A stretch of 62,898 nucleotides of DNA, filler included, from Octopus bimaculoides (taxonomy: Eukaryota), in assembly GCF_001194135.2 (NCBI RefSeq). It is 5 parts of 4 records of this genome, joined end to end, with 100 filler letters (N's around TTAATTAATTAA, not from the genome) between each part and the next. Parts side by side here need not be neighbours in the genome. Positions count along the whole stretch, not along the records: positions 17,348 to 44,539 come from NC_068988.1; positions 44,640 to 58,379 come from NC_068988.1; 3 more parts are not named here. One strand, given 5' to 3'. The notes under the pieces are model-generated. The model saw only the letters and a program-made list of their open reading frames with translations, made no database searches and had not been told where the DNA came from. The translations under genes and the position numbers were made by a program. Below, piece after piece: positions 34,711 to 47,138 of this stretch; position 1 is the first letter of the stretch, and the number at the start of each line of letters is the position of its first letter.

Positions 34711-36700
34711 TTCTTTTATTTGCCACCAGGGCGAAGGATGCGGGGACAATACAGAGACAGATATAAAGTGTGGGGTTTACATATAATGAAATGATACAAT
34801 AAAAAGTATACACAGTATACATTACAAGAAGGGAAGTATACATAGTATATGACACTAGAAAAAGAGGAAAAAGAAGGATCGAAATGAGATCCCCCTGATT
34901 CAGGAGGACCTCTAGGGATATTCAAGGAACCCCACCATTCAAGATCACCCTGAGTACCTAGGACGAGAGCCCACTCCAACTTCTTTCTTCCGACTCACAG
35001 GTCTACACTGAGAGTGGTACCATCCACTCTTGCCATTTTTGCAACTTTCACCCACCTTTTGATAAATTCATTCGAGGACAGCACCTCCCTCTTCACCCTC
35101 ACTTTCCTTTTCAAATGGAACTTGAAAAAGTCGATGAAGGCTTTACCAAAGAGGAAAGCTTCTGTCCTCATTTCTTTCAGCCTCGTCCACCAGATAACTT
35201 CTTTCGCTGCAGCCACCAGACAAAGGAAAACTGCCTTGCCAGTCCTATTAAAGGAGGGTGGCGGGGCAATCATCATTATGGACTCGGACAACTGACGGAA
35301 CTGTCCTACACGCGACAGCAGCTGTTCGACATAACTCCGCAAGTCAGCAATGCCCGGACACTGAACGAGTGCATGCAGAACGGTTTCGTGGCTCTGCGAG
35401 CACCTCGAACAAGCCCATCTGACAGTACATCTGTGCCTGTAGAGTTTATCTCGAATCGGTAGTGCCTCCAACCCGCGTAGCAGGCGAAAGACATCTGAAA
35501 ATTATCCATAACAATCCTCGACTGGCAAGTCTTCCGGAAAAGACTTGCCAGTTCGTCTTCGTCGACGCCTTGGGTCTCCTCGAAGACGTCATCTCACTTC
35601 CCCGCTACTAATCTTCTGTAAATATCTGAAGTGGAACATCCACCGATCTTGTTGCCCAACTTGTAGAGGATAGTGAGCACCTGACGATATTTTAAGTGCC
35701 AAGGCGCCCACTCTCAGCCTATCCTTTACCCATGACTGCAGCACCGTCAAGGAAACGAGTTACAGAAAGGCGTGTCTCATAAACGGAGCCCACACACGTT
35801 CATCTTCCAGAAATCGCTGCAGGTTGCGCAACCTGAGTGTGTGTCTGCGCATCAAAATCCATGGCATGTCTAAGCCGCCACGCAAAGGAAGTTGGCAGCA
35901 GACCGATCGCCTGTCCATTGGAACGCGTCCTTTCCATAAGAAAATAAACAGGGTACACTCCAATCTAATCAAGCAGTAATTGAAGCAAGGCACAACGGTT
36001 AGACGATAGATAATGACAGAGGCGATGTAAGCATTCGCCACCTCTGCCTAACCTTTCAGGGACAACTTCCTCTTTGCCCTTTTCTGGGTAAGGTCACCCT
36101 GTTGGTCACCTCTTCCCAATTCTTACCCATCTGGAAGTCGGGACCAAACCAGATCCCGAGCAGTTTCAGTGGTCCGTCAGTCCAGCGTCCGACGACACCG
36201 TCCAACGGTATCGATCAGCCTCTCCAGGTTCCCAGTTGCAATCCCACCGACTTATGCCGACTTGATTTTAGCCCCTGCAACCGACTCATATTCCTTTACA
36301 ATGGATCTGACCGTCTCCACTTCGGAGGCGTTCGACACCATGACGGTGAATTCGTCCGTGTATAAAGACACTGCCCTCTCGAGTCCAATTTCGAAAGGGA
36401 AGCCTCTTAACTGTTTTAAATTCCGCAGCAGTGGCTCAAGAGCCAGCACACACAGAAGAGGTGACAACGGGCAGCCCTAACGAACCGAACGTGCGATACT
36501 AAACGGTTCCGATAGGTGGCCATTTACTTTGACCACCGAGCAAGGTGCCGCTGTGCATTGTAGTAATCCAACCTCTGAAAACGGGTCCGAAACCAGTGGC
36601 GATGTTCTACCCTATCGAAAGCTTTCGACTGATCTAAATTGATCAAGGCCCCACCGAAGACAGCTTTAGTCCCAGCCCTCTCTACAATGTATCGCAAGAT
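34711..36700 (-). mobile_element. Tx1/L1-clade non-LTR retrotransposon, 5'-truncated and pseudogenised
   Basis: LDQSKAFDRV, GCPLSPLLCVLALEPL, YTDEFTV (YADD equivalent), AGAKI, C-terminal CSRCSQSHETVLHALVQCP zinc-binding motif; 3' UTR ends aataaaagaaa. Confidence 0.85.
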
Positions 36701-37161
36701 TTTTAAGTATTAGTTTTAACCAAATGTTCAGTAGTGGAGTTAATAGATTCCGTAGATTGTTTGTTAAATTACCTTTTAGTAATAAGCTACGGTTACTCTT
36801 CTTCTAAGTTAAAATCCTGCTGATTTCATTTTTGGCTTTCTTTCTTCAAAGGTTGATGAAGTACCCATCAATTATTGAGGTCCATTTAACCGATTTACTC
36901 CTTTCTTTGAATTTGCAGCAATCGTGCTCCCATTTTAGAAATTAGAGTTATCTGGTCATTGGAGATTGACAAATTGGAATGGCTACCTGCAGGAGATCAG
37001 TGTCTAATTTATTCCTCATCTGCTAATCGCCGCAGAAACCACAGAGAAGGATCTCTAAGCAGTAAAAATACTTGGATTCGCTTGGTGTGAGCCGGCATTC
37101 TTCAGGTCTATTCTCGAAATGGCTAACAGTAGATAACTTAGATAGATGTTGGCCCTTTAAT

Positions 37162-37378
37162 CTCTTAGTTGTTTTAGACATTAAGCTGCGACGTTGCTAT
37201 GGAACCGCTTTGAAGAATTTCAGTCAAGCAAGTCGACTCCAGTACTTATTTTTTCTTAGTATATTCTATCGGCCTCTTTTGCTGATCCGATAAGGGGTCG
37301 TAAACAAACCAACACCAGTTGCCAAGCGGCGGTGGAGGACAAACACAAAGACACACACACACAGACACGCACACACAT

Positions 37379-37467
<89 letters not shown>

Positions 37468-37582
37468 GACAGAGACACACACACACACAGAGACAGACAG
37501 AGACACACACACACACACACAGACACACACACAGACACACACAGACACACACAGACACACACACACACACACACACACACAC
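37162..37582 (-). mobile_element. SINE family B tail plus expanded (CA)n/(CAGA)n microsatellite
   Basis: ggaaccgctttgaag..ctatcggcctcttttgc..ggaggacaaacac, then a CA repeat of about 240 bp. Confidence 0.75.
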
Positions 37583-38145
37583 ATTATTATTAGTTCGTCC
37601 GTCGTTGTCGACAATGATCAAGGGTATCATATGGAAAAGAGAAGATGGGATACAGTGTGTCCAGCTGTGGCTAATCAGACCGATGCGAGTCCGGAAGTTT
37701 CTACCGCAGGTGAGGCACTGGTGGTCTGTTGCGATTGAAGGCAGGGAGATGGCTCTGGACTTGTGCAATTCGCGTTTTTTCGTGCCCCTGCAATTCTGTT
37801 CTATTCGTAGGAGGTAGCGCTTCTACCAGTGCATCTTCACCAGGCAGGGTGGTCTATTGCCTGCGTTTCCCAGGTGTTGGGGGTTGATCTCAAAATTCTT
37901 CAGCAAGACTTTGAGTGCGTCCTTGAAGCGCCTTTTCGATCCACCTTGTGTGCTCTGGCCGCCTGCCTGTTTACTATAAAACAGTCTGTTGGGAAGTTGT
38001 GTGTCAGGTATGCGAACAAAGTGGTGTGTCCGCCTGACTTGCGCTCTTCTCAGCAGTGTGTAAATGCTTATCAGACCAGATCGGAGACCTCCGTGTCAGG
38101 GATCTTGTTTTGCCAGATGATTTTCAGCAGCTTTCCTGCTAAGAA
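37583..38145 (-). mobile_element. RTE-BovB-type LINE 3' end
   Basis: RIPDTQLPKQ.., C-terminal CLTCGRNFRTRIGLISHSWTH finger, short UTR ending gacggacgaactaataataat. Confidence 0.85.
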
Positions 38146-38621
38146 CACACAATAGTTATTTAAATTCCAGAATTGAGATTTTCATCAAATGTACTCATCT
38201 ATACAAGTTTATCATATCAAATTAGAAGATACCTCATATACCAGGATGACTACACCCCAAATTCTTCCGGTCAGTCCTCCATCTACTCAGTAAATCTGCT
38301 TAATATACATGTGTATATTATATATATTCTTTTATTCTTTTACTCATTTCAGCCATGCAGCTGTGGTCATGCTGGAGCACCGCGTACTCTTTTTGATTTC
38401 CTCAGTCTGGGGTGTTTCACACCACCACTCCTGCATGTGCCTTTGTCCCAGCTGTTGGCCCGGCAATATACTACACTTTATCGTGCAGTTACTGTTAATA
38501 CTTCATTTAGAGAATTAACATTGCTTGTTTTCACCTTTTCGATATCAGTGAAGAATTTCACTGGAAAAGAAGATATAAGATTGCCAGGTTTTTGTCCCTC
38601 TCACCAAGGTCAGCAGCTATC

Positions 38622-38664
38622 GGGCGCCGACGAAGGGAAATAACCCTGAAATCCGGATACGTTC
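38622..38664 (+). ncRNA. minimal type I hammerhead ribozyme motif (core variant CCGACGA)
   Basis: Helix I GGGCG/CGTTC, core CCGACGA, helix II AGGG-AAATAA-CCCT, GAA, palindromic helix III ATCCGGAT, cleavage triplet AUA (predicted cut after 38659). Confidence 0.7.
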
Positions 38665-38937
38665 GTGCTGCAGATCGAGGTGAGAGGGATAACTTCCCTT
38701 GGCAAACAGGACACAGTCGTGTGTCGATAAGCCAGCTGGAGGAGATGTCCTCCTGGGGCTAAAGGCAACAGTAACATCCACCCCTAGGGGTCAGCCACAC
38801 TTAAGTGGCAATATACTACANNNNNNNNNNNNNNNNNNNNNNNNNNNNNNNNNNNNNNNNNNNNNNNNNNNNNNNNNNNNNNNNNNNNNNNNNNNNNNNN
38901 NNNNNNNNNNNNNNNNNNNNNNNNNNNNNNNTATATA

Positions 38938-38973
<36 letters not shown>

Positions 38974-39789
38974 TGTATGTATGTATGTATGTCTGCATGC
39001 ATATATACACAGATACACATATGTATGTATTTATATATATTCATACAAACAGTTAAATAAACACATATGTACAAATGTTTAAATCATGTTGACTTTCTTT
39101 AGTGCTTTAGCACGAAACTCTAAGCCCTTGAGTCACAAACATCTATTCATAAGGTGCAGTCTCTTATTTTTTATACGCACACATATTCCAAGGGCCTTAA
39201 TTGAATACCAGTAGCTACACAGAAGGCAATAGACCAGTGTAGAGCAACATATTAAGAAAAATATATACCAGGTCTGTCAAGACAGATCTATTTGAAAAAT
39301 GAATCGAATAAAACAGTTTATCAAATGCTTGTTAGAAGACCTAGTTCTTCGAAGACGGATTCCATGAAAAATTTTCAGGTGCTAAATTTGGGTTCAAAAC
39401 TAGAATATGTCCATCACAGATCAAAACACTTGACTGTCTCAGCATGATAAAGAAAGTAAATTAAAAAAAAAGTGTTTCTAACATTTTGCAAAGATCTGAA
39501 GGATTTCTGTAGCTTTATCTATTTGCATATTAACCTGATAAAACTAAGAACATTTATGAAGTTGGGAAATGCTTATAGACCTTTTCTAGCAATATTTAAA
39601 AACTGGTAAGAAAGCTATTCCTAGTACAAACAGTGTCATTAATAAAGAAACGAAGCACTCCACCTATGTCTTTAAGATCGATCGTTGGATAGTATACTTA
39701 CCTGCTCGCTTTCTCACGTTACTTTAAAAGATCGTGAGTATATTTTCTTAGCCGACCCTTAATAGAAATATATTAAGCATATGAAGAGT

Positions 39790-41148
39790 GAACTAGGAAA
39801 GAATTGTCGCAATTTTGGCATGACCATTTTGTGGGTACGTTTTTCAATACTTAACGGCAAAATAAGCATCAACTTTAACATGTTTAATTTTTCTTTCATT
39901 GCAGATTACTTTAGACCAAAATGGTTAAATTCATGTTGATTTTATTCCTTAAAAATAAGCTAAGATCAGACTTATATCAGACACTGCATATAATATGAAT
40001 CCAAAAGAGACACTTCAACAAAGGAAGCGGCAAGAAATATTCGTCCTGTCTATGAAAATGAAGCCGTGTGTATCAGGGTATGTCAACGGTAGTTTGGCAA
40101 ATTTCGTTCGAGAAATTTTTCTCTCGCAAACACATTTTAACCTGAACGACCAAGTTCTGTCAACAGAGTTTCTGAAAGCCATAGCTGAAGAAAATCATCC
40201 ACAGTGAACTGTATAAGAATAAGCAAAACATTTCAATTCAAGTCATACTTCAATCATAAAACCCTCTTATGAACTACGGAAAATATCTAAACTTGATCAA
40301 TGGGTCTCTCTGTATCTGTATGCTTCTCAGCTTGATCAAAGAGTTGCTCTCTGCTCACCATTGAAGGGCAGGCTTGCTACCGAACATTTTCTGGGTAGAA
40401 TCGTCACAAATGATGATAAGTGGCTTTTCTATAATCATGTACAACAAAACAACAATGGTTAGAAAATTACTATTTTAAAATCTCACAGCGTGAGATATTC
40501 AGCAACAGTACTTTGTAGTAAAGATTGTTTGCCAACATAACATGGCAGTCCTCATTTAGGACCAGGGCTGCCATGTTATGGCAAACAATCTTTACTACAA
40601 CAATGGTTAGCACTCAATGAAAAAGGAATATCCTCTCCCAAACCAGTATTTCGCTCGAAAATGCTATGCTCTGTTTTTGTTGGGGTATTAAAGGCATCAT
40701 CTATCATGAATTGTTAAACCAAAACAAAACAATCAATGTGAAGTATGTCAATGAGAAGTATGGCACAAAAATTTGTTTATCATTGGTCAATCGTAAAAGA
40801 TCACATATTGCCCAAGATAATCAAGAAAAGATTATGGCACTAAATATGGGAATTTTATCTCATCCTTCTTCCGACCGTGTTCCATCTGATTTTCAACTTT
40901 TTCAACTTTTTAGAATATTGCGGCATTATTCCGAGGGAGAACAGTTTATTAATTGTGACGAATTAAAAAATGATAATGAGTATTTCTTTGGTCCGAAGCC
41001 TGAAGAATCAACAATTTGCCAAGCAGACTGGATTATGTTATCAATAATTAGGAGAAATATTATCTTGATTATATACATCGCTTAAAATCAAAAAAGTATT
41101 TGCTTCTTTCCCATTTTGTAATGCAATGGGGCTTTCCTTCCAACCTAG
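39790..41148 (+). mobile_element. near full-length decayed mariner (DD34D-type)
   Basis: RIVTNDDKWLFYNHVQ, MLCFCWGIKGIIYHELL, ILSHPSSDRVPSDFQLF; TIR-like ctttccttccaacctag at the right end. Confidence 0.8.
40463..40597. mobile_element. 135-bp hairpin-containing insertion in the mariner ORF with a 13-bp flanking duplication
   Basis: caacaatggttag at 40450-40462 and 40598-40610; a 37-bp stem spans 40513-40600. Confidence 0.75.
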
Positions 41149-41202
41149 CAGATGCTAGATTTGTTTAATAATAGTATTATGTATCCTTCTAACTTGCCTT
41201 AA

Positions 41203-41542
41203 GAGGCGCAATGGCCCAGTGGTTAGGGCAGCGGACTCGCGGTCATAGGATCGCGGTTTCGATTCCCAGACCGGGCGTTGTGAGTGTTTATTGAGCGAAA
41301 ACACCTAAAGCTCCACGAGGCTCCGGCAGGGAATGGTGGCGAACCCTGCTGTACTCTTTCACCACAACTTTCTCTCACTCTTACTTCCTGTTTCTGTTGT
41401 ACCTGTAATTCAAAGGGTCGGCCTTGTCACACTGTGTCACGCTGAATCTCCCCGAGAACTACATTAAGGGTACACGTGTCTGTGGAGTGCTCAGCCACTT
41501 GCACGTTAATTTCACGAGCAGGCTGTTCCGTTGATCGGATCA
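41203..41542 (+). mobile_element. tRNA-derived SINE (family C), near intact, runs into a gap
   Basis: A box TGGCCCAGTGG (41212) and B box GGTTTCGATTCC (41255); 3' half ..ggagtgctcagccacttgcacgtt..gcaggctgttccgttgatcggatc. Confidence 0.85.
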
Positions 41543-41833
41543 NNNNNNNNNNNNNNNNNNNNNNNNNNNNNNNNNNNNNNNNNNNNNNNNNNNNNNNNNN
41601 NNNNNNNNNNNNNNNNNNNNNNNNNNNNNNNNNNNNNNNNNNNNNNNNNNNNNNNNNNNNNNNNNNNNNNNNNNNNNNNNNNNNNNNNNNNNNNNNNNNN
41701 NNNNNNNNNNNNNNNNNNNNNNNNNNNNNNNNNNNNNNNNNNNNNNNNNNNNNNNNNNNNNNNNNNNNNNNNNNNNNNNNNNAAGTTTCTTCTTTTCTTT
41801 GATGATTTGTCCTGTGTTAAACAGAATCTTTGT

Positions 41834-42198
41834 CTTTTACTTGCTTCAGTTGTTAGACTGCGGCCATTCTGGGGCACCGCCTTGAAAAGTTTTAGTCAAA
41901 CAAAGTGACCCCAGTTCTTATGTTTTATTCCCGGTACTTATTCTATCGGTTGTTTGTGTCGAACCGTTAAGTTACGGGGGAAATAGACCAGCACCGGTTG
42001 TCAAGCAGTGGCGAGGGACCCACAGAAGACAGACAGACACACACACACACACACGATGGGTTTCTTTCAGTTTCCGTCTACCAAAGCCACTCACAAGACT
42101 TTGGTCGGCCCTATGTTATAGTAGGAGGCACTTGCTCTATACGCTACGCAGTGGGACTGAACCTGTAACAATGTGGTTGAGAAGTAAACTTCTTCCTA
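41834..42198 (-). mobile_element. SINE family B, full length
   Basis: Tail, (CA)n spacer and head all present. Confidence 0.85.
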
Positions 42199-42719
42199 AA
42201 CGGTACAGAAATTTTCAATGTTCTTAGGACTTGTGTCTATGGAGCTGATGTTTGTAATTGAATTAGTTTATTTTATTTTCGACAGAATCTTAACAAATTT
42301 AATTTTGTAGAGAAGACGTATTAATTTTAACCTATCGCAGAAATTGTTCTTCCGTCACAAATTAAATAAACTTACGGAAAACTTATCTCTCAGTTTTGAA
42401 TGTTTTGGCCTTAGAATTACTAGAAATGCAGCTAATTGAATTCTTATGCATCACTCTTTATTTATTTTCTGGCAGCTTAGAAAACCGATTGAAATTATAC
42501 AGCATGCCTTCAGAGTATTTAATCGCAGACAGTATACCCTCAGTCGATTACTTCGGCCCAAATACTTGACTGGTACTGCACTTTATGTGCGTGTGTGTGT
42601 GTGTGTGTGTGCGCGTGTTCGGGCTAAAATTGACAGTTTCTATAAAAGGAAAAGAAAATACAATATCACACCCAAAGAGTATTTTTAAAATGCTAAAAAT
42701 ATCAACTAGGCTATGGCTA

Positions 42720-43200
42720 GGAGATAACAATTTATTCAGAGTAGCCGCCCTCAGCTATCATCACGGTCTCAAGACGTCCACTGGACCTGGCGCATACGTT
42801 CCTCACTGTGTTCTTGGTGAGATCTTCGAACACCTCCTTGATCTTGGCCACCAGCACGGTCCTGGAATTTCAGGCAGATCGGTTGGTGTCTTTCTCAACC
42901 GTTCCCCACACACGTGATTACAATCCACGTGATTACAATTCGGGGAATTACGAAGCTAGAAATCGGGGCCGGTGAAGTCATAAAAGTTCTCCGACAAACA
43001 CCTCCTACTCTTTCAAGGGACCGAATTCTGCTGCCACACATACGGCTTCCCAGCAGAAACCCCCTGTAGCTAGGCGTTGAGCACAGTCTACAACAGATTC
43101 TCATAGCCGTCCGAATTGAGCCTAAGGCCTTGTTCAAAAATGTGGGGCAGCATGATGTCTCTCTCATAGGAAACACACCCTAAGACCTGCTGCATACGGC
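42720..43200 (-). mobile_element. Tc1/mariner-superfamily (maT/DD37D-like) transposase C-terminal remnant
   Basis: VLGCVSYERDIMLPHIFEQGLRLNS..GKPYVWQQNS..LSENFYDFTGP..NSPNCNHVD..WGTVEKDTNRSA..AEGGYSE. Confidence 0.75.
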
Positions 43201-43614
43201 TTCGTAGTCTCCGTTGCAGCTGCCCTTATCATATCTTAACAGCCTTCACAGTGTTCACAGAGCATTGAGCAACAGTCACGATGCCAGCATTTTAAAACCC
43301 AGCACGAATCAAGATACTTGTAACACTTTTCCAGATATTCAGATGGCTTCCAATCCTCCATGTCAGCTCACTACAATTTTAATCTTTATGCTCTCGAACA
43401 TCGTTGACTGTTTACCAATGCCTCAAGCTGTTTCAGTACAAAAAACGGACAAAAATCGTCAAATTTATCCCGAACACCGTATATGTATCTCTATTCATAT
43501 ATGTGGTTGTGGTTAAGTCCGAAGTCAGTTGTAACAAAACAGATCCATAACCAAAGACGCTTTAGTTATAACTATTTACCGCATTTTAACTTGTATAAGG
43601 AACCCTCTTTTGTC

Positions 43615-44120
43615 AAAAATTAAGGTAAAAAAATGAGACTCTATTCTTTAGAGCGTAGACGAGAAAGGTATGCCATAATATACATCTGGAAGATCCTCGA
43701 AGGAATTGTCCCAAACTTTGGCATCAAAAGTTACACAAATAAAAGAACTGGACGCCATTGCATAGTGCCAAGGACTCCAAATTTGCCATCAAGATTTAGG
43801 ACAAGATACTGCAATAGCCTGGGCTTCAGAGGTCCACAGCTCTTCAATATCCTCCCGAAGGACCTGAGAGACCTGCATGCGGTGGATGTAGGTGTCCTCA
43901 AGATGAGGCTGGACCTCTTTCTGTCAGGTGTCCCAGATGAACCAACTTCACGGCAGGAGGTGCAGATGAGAGCAGCTGCATCAAACTCTCTCATGCACCA
44001 AATGTCAATTCTTGAAGTAAAATTCGTGAAGTAAAATTGTGTAGCAACACCAAATGGCGGTGCCCCAGCATGGCCACAGCTCATGAGCTGAAACTGGATA
44101 AAATGAAAAATGAAAATGAA
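43615..44120 (+). mobile_element. CR1/L2-group LINE 3' end with UTR and (AAATG)-like tail
   Basis: RLYSLERRRERYAIIYIWKILEG..GPQLFNILPKDLR..KMRLDLFLSGVPDEP..AASNSL, stop at 44034, then a stem-loop tail and gaaaaatgaaaatgaa. Confidence 0.8.
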
Positions 44121-44404
44121 TACATGGATAGTATTATAATCCCTTATAAACCCCTTTTCCAAATGTTAAGCCCCCGTCCAAAATAAGGGGTTCCTTATAC
44201 ACGTTAAAATACGGTAGTTTGTTGTTGAAGACAATCTCTATCTTAGAAAATAATACTATCCTACTTCGCCTTCTGTTGGTGTTATTTCAGCGCGTTTTGG
44301 CTGCTATACCTAGCAGACTAAATAACCTCAATTTCTCTTCTGACTCGCTGCAGTCAGTGTGTCTGTATGTGTGTGTTTACATTATCTATCTATCTATCTA
44401 TCTG

Positions 44405-44470
<66 letters not shown>

Positions 44471-44583
44471 CACACACATACACGCACGCACACACTCACT
44501 CACTCCCCCCACAATATATATATATATATATATATATATNNNNNNNNNNNNNNNNNNNNNNNNNNNNNNNNNNNNNNNNNNNN

Positions 44584-44595
44584 TTAATTAATTAA
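44584..44595. other. scaffolding linker TTAATTAATTAA (assembly artefact)
   Basis: Same 12-mer within an N gap. Confidence 0.9.
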
Positions 44596-47138
44596 NNNNN
44601 NNNNNNNNNNNNNNNNNNNNNNNNNNNNNNNNNNNNNNNTATATATTCAATTACGCTATGAATAGACATAAACATCGCAAAAACAAACCGAGCCACCGCC
44701 GCTGCAACTCTTTATGGAAACGTCAACGCCACCAGCACCTTCACTACTAGCAGCAGCAGCAACAACAACAACAACAACAACAATAATAATAATTTAGATT
44801 CTATTTTCAGTTTACTCTTCCACAGATATTGCAGCAGTTATTTCAGATTCTATTAATAACAAACATCAGAAACACTTGTTTGTATTAATTCATTTATTTA
44901 TTCTGGCATCCTGATCATGATCATCGGTAATCAGAATTTTATTATTTAATATTAAAATAAACAACAGTTTTGGTTATCTCAATATTTCGTAATATATGGG
45001 ATTAAAATTTTTAAAAATCCTTTTCGATAATGATTTTCTATTAAGAGTTGTTATTGCGGAAACGTATGAGTGAGAGAAGGACGAAGAGGTATGTGGCAGT
45101 GCATTGAGGGAGAGATATTTGGAAAGAATGATGTATGTGAGAGGGAGAGACAAAAGAGAGAAATAGCTAGCAAGATAGATGGAAGTGAGTCACTTTTAGT
45201 TATTTACCTTAGAATAGCGATTGCGTTCAATTTACATAAGGTCCCTTGCAACGCTATTACGTCTGGATTGATTTACAAATAACTGTAAAACTCCTAGATC
45301 AATTTACAACTGGCCACAGTAACCTTTAATCAATTATCGATTAGTAACAGCATCCTGAGTTCTATGCGAACCTATCCACAATATTCCTACCTTGGTATGA
45401 ACTTAGCGTCAATAATAGTTCCCATAATGCTTCGTTAGTATACATTTTAATCACTAATCCTTCGCTGGTTGTTCACAACATTTGTTAGGTTGCGTGTGCA
45501 ACCGAAAATGACTGCACTAACATTTATTTGAGTTTCAATATATTATTATTATTATTAGTAACCTCTGTCGTTTACATTTACGCGTGTACAGTATTTGATT
45601 TAATGTACGATATTCATGCGATAACAAATGGTATAATTTGAAGTCTTCTGTAATACAATATGCTAGATAATATGAAAGTAGTTCATATTTAGTGAAAACG
45701 CAATACGTTGAAAGTACTTGATCTACTGCAGATGAGTAATATAAGTCTCATTTGATGTTACAACCTAAGGTTGGTATTTATTGTTGAACACGACACAAGT
45801 ATGAAAAAGTAGAAGAGGGCAAAAAACCGTCTCACTGAGAAAATTGACATAGCTGTGTGCAGATTGCTTGGGTGCTCTAGCCTGAGGTTGAAGTTCATAG
45901 CTTTTTATAACCGTAAGAAAAATTTCCAGAACTGTCCATCAAGATTTTTTGGGGAAAAACTCGCACACTTCCTTTAAAGTTTGCCGTATCAACTATAACA
46001 AATCAGCCAATGATCAGTGGTCGAGCCATAGTCACGCTGGTATTAAAGGCTTTTATGGTGACACATTGCCTTTTATGGCAAAATTATTGTGGTTCTGAGT
46101 CGAGAAAATTTTAGAGTGACGGTTCAAAACTTTGCAGGTGACTCGCTACATTTCTGAACCGAGTGACAATTGAATAATAACTTTTTTTTCATATTGGTAC
46201 AAGGTAAACACTTTGGTAGAGGATGGCATTACCTGATTAATTCTACCCCAGTACTTAACTGGTACTTTATAATCTCTTTCCGAAGAAGATGAAAGACATA
46301 TTTGATCTCAGAGGCGAGTTTTGAACTCAAAACATAAAGCAATACTACTAGAAATCTTTAATGAATCTTCCGATCCAATGATTCTGAAAGTGACAATTAA
46401 CAAATCCTAAAATATAAAAGAAATTTTTTATCCTAACTCCTGCCTTTATTAATGCCATGCTGCTAGACTGATTTGCTTTAAACTTTATAACCATCTTTTC
46501 ATTAAACATAGCAATTTGTCCATCCTCTTTTCAATCTTAAGAGACCACTCACTGTATGTGAGTATGCCAATCTATGACAAAACATTATACCAATTAACTC
46601 TTTCTATCTTTTTTCTTTGATCTCATGGCTGTCAGAACTTCTGACAACATGCTTTACAGCATTCTGTTACATCCGTTTACTTCCTGAGTTCGAATTTCAC
46701 CAAGTTGAAGTTAGTTATTCGAAGTTTGTTATTCCTTTCTGTATGGTCAATAAAATAGTTTTCAACAAGCAATAAACACGCTTCGGAGATCCTTCAATTG
46801 GTTATGGTGCTGTATCTGCAAAATATGAACCAGTTAATTTATAGGGGTTAATTTAATCGACCGTTACTACCCTCAAAATACATGTTAGTGCGTCAGCTTC
46901 AAGTATATGAATACCACATATACTAAGTATCGATTTTACCGACTGTAACCTCTCCTATGTAAATATATGACCTCGTACAAGCAATGATAGAATAAAGTAC
47001 TAAATAACTTAGGCTTTTATCTCTCCAGAGACGATAAAATGATAACAATCATGTACTCCTGATATCAGTTTTAATGATTCACGTTTCACTAAAATATTTT
47101 GTCTCTTGTTAATGTTGTTACTATTAATATTATTAAAA

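Noticed and set aside
41203-41275. Possible tRNA gene
   Set aside because: A and B boxes are present, but the sequence continues directly into a SINE body shared with another copy and has no clean acceptor stem.
46040-46082. Two TTTTATGG motifs near a CCAAT in repeat-poor sequence (posterior Hox/Cdx-like sites)
   Set aside because: Short AT-rich motifs are expected by chance, and no conservation data are available.
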